DNA of 64,000 bases, taken from Sedimentisphaerales bacterium. Lineage in GTDB: Bacteria; Planctomycetota; Phycisphaerae; Sedimentisphaerales; SM23-30. Positions within the stretch are counted from its first letter, which is position 1. Each line of letters begins with the position of its first letter. The position numbers and the translations under genes are program-made. The stretch lies in the NCBI GenBank assembly GCA_963663805.2, contig CAXXMR010000020.1, positions 224,001 to 288,000 on the forward strand, written 5' to 3'. The notes under the pieces are model-generated. The model did not search any database, was not told the origin of the DNA, and was given only the letters and a program-made list of their open reading frames with translations. Positions 63,303-64,000 of this stretch are shown here, piece by piece.

Positions 63303-63617
63303 TATTTGGCTAATTTCGCTCCATATAATAAGTTAGTTACTTTCTGTCGGTTACCGGGAAATATCCGGTATAACCGACGCAAGAGTATAGCTATATGCGT
63401 GAGCTGCTGTCAAGAAGCGTCGTTACAACCGTTAAAAACATAAAAAAACACAACTTGTCATTTTCCTAAATGGTTGTAATATATGAGATTGTGATTTTTA
63501 TCTATAGCTGTCGCCTAATATTGCCGATTTTTATCGGGATAAAGAACCCTTGCCGGCCATATGTAACTGAAGGCCGGTTACTGGCTTATAGTACAGCATG
63601 AGGCTGTGCAGGAGACG

Positions 63618-64000
63618 TTGCTTTTGAGTCGAACCGATGCCCAACTGGTCCTTCAGGTCCTGGAAGGCGATAAAGTCGCCTTCGGAGAGTTGTATGACAA
63701 ATACGCTCGTTTGATTCGGGTTATTTGCCGGGATAACACGACGGATTTGGCCTCGGCTCAGGATTTGGCTCAGGAAGTTTTTCTGAGAGCTTACGCCAAA
63801 CTTGACAAATTAAAAGAGCCCGAACGATTTGCGGCGTGGTTAGTTACCATCGCTCGCAATGTATGCCGGGAACATCGCCGCAGCAAAGGCCGGGACAGAC
63901 ATGTTCTGGTCGGCTCGGAAATGCTGGAACAGGAGCCCAGTCCTGAGAATGAGCAGGATCCGAGGCTGGCACAACTGAACGATGCCATGGCGCAACTTGA
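63618..64000 (+). CDS. ECF RNA polymerase sigma factor, 3' part beyond window edge
   Basis: Manual translation after AGGAG: ...TDAQLV...GDKVAFGELYDKY...AQDLAQEVFLRAY...FAAWLVTIARN. Confidence 0.92.
   Translation, partial: MLLSRTDAQLVLQVLEGDKVAFGELYDKYARLIRVICRDNTTDLASAQDLAQEVFLRAYAKLDKLKEPERFAAWLVTIARNVCREHRRSKGRDRHVLVGSEMLEQEPSPENEQDPRLAQLNDAMAQL

Overview
Bacterial chromosomal window. The DUF1559 pilin-like protein, the 'DINxDCxVDLxDFA' dockerin-like tail and the many sialidases point to a planctomycete, probably Phycisphaerae/Sedimentisphaerales (inference). 1-8.2 kb: glycan-utilisation locus (XylR-type regulator, GH1, exported beta-rich protein, DUF1559 protein, two tandem BNR paralogs). 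8.3-17.4 kb: decayed island 3' of tRNA-Gly, with an rve transposase, an intact IS21, a second IS21 split by an IS5, and pseudogenised small element genes. The rest is mostly core genome (smpB, leuS, tatC, lpxB, tRNA-Leu, UbiD, mutL, hflX, ECF sigma). Two loci stand out. (i) A ParA/Soj ATPase fused to a glycogen-binding CBM48 domain, followed by a partner with a ParB-like N-terminal peptide, a candidate glycogen-granule positioning system. (ii) A Maf-type nonulosonic-acid glycosylation locus with a cobalamin-dependent radical SAM domain fused to NeuB and a spiro-SPASM-like protein. Also seen: a kb-scale GC-skew sawtooth independent of gene strand, a dispersed ~170-bp repeat, and single-base insertions in mutL, lpxB and an oxidoreductase. 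All family calls are from motif recognition by eye; no searches were run.
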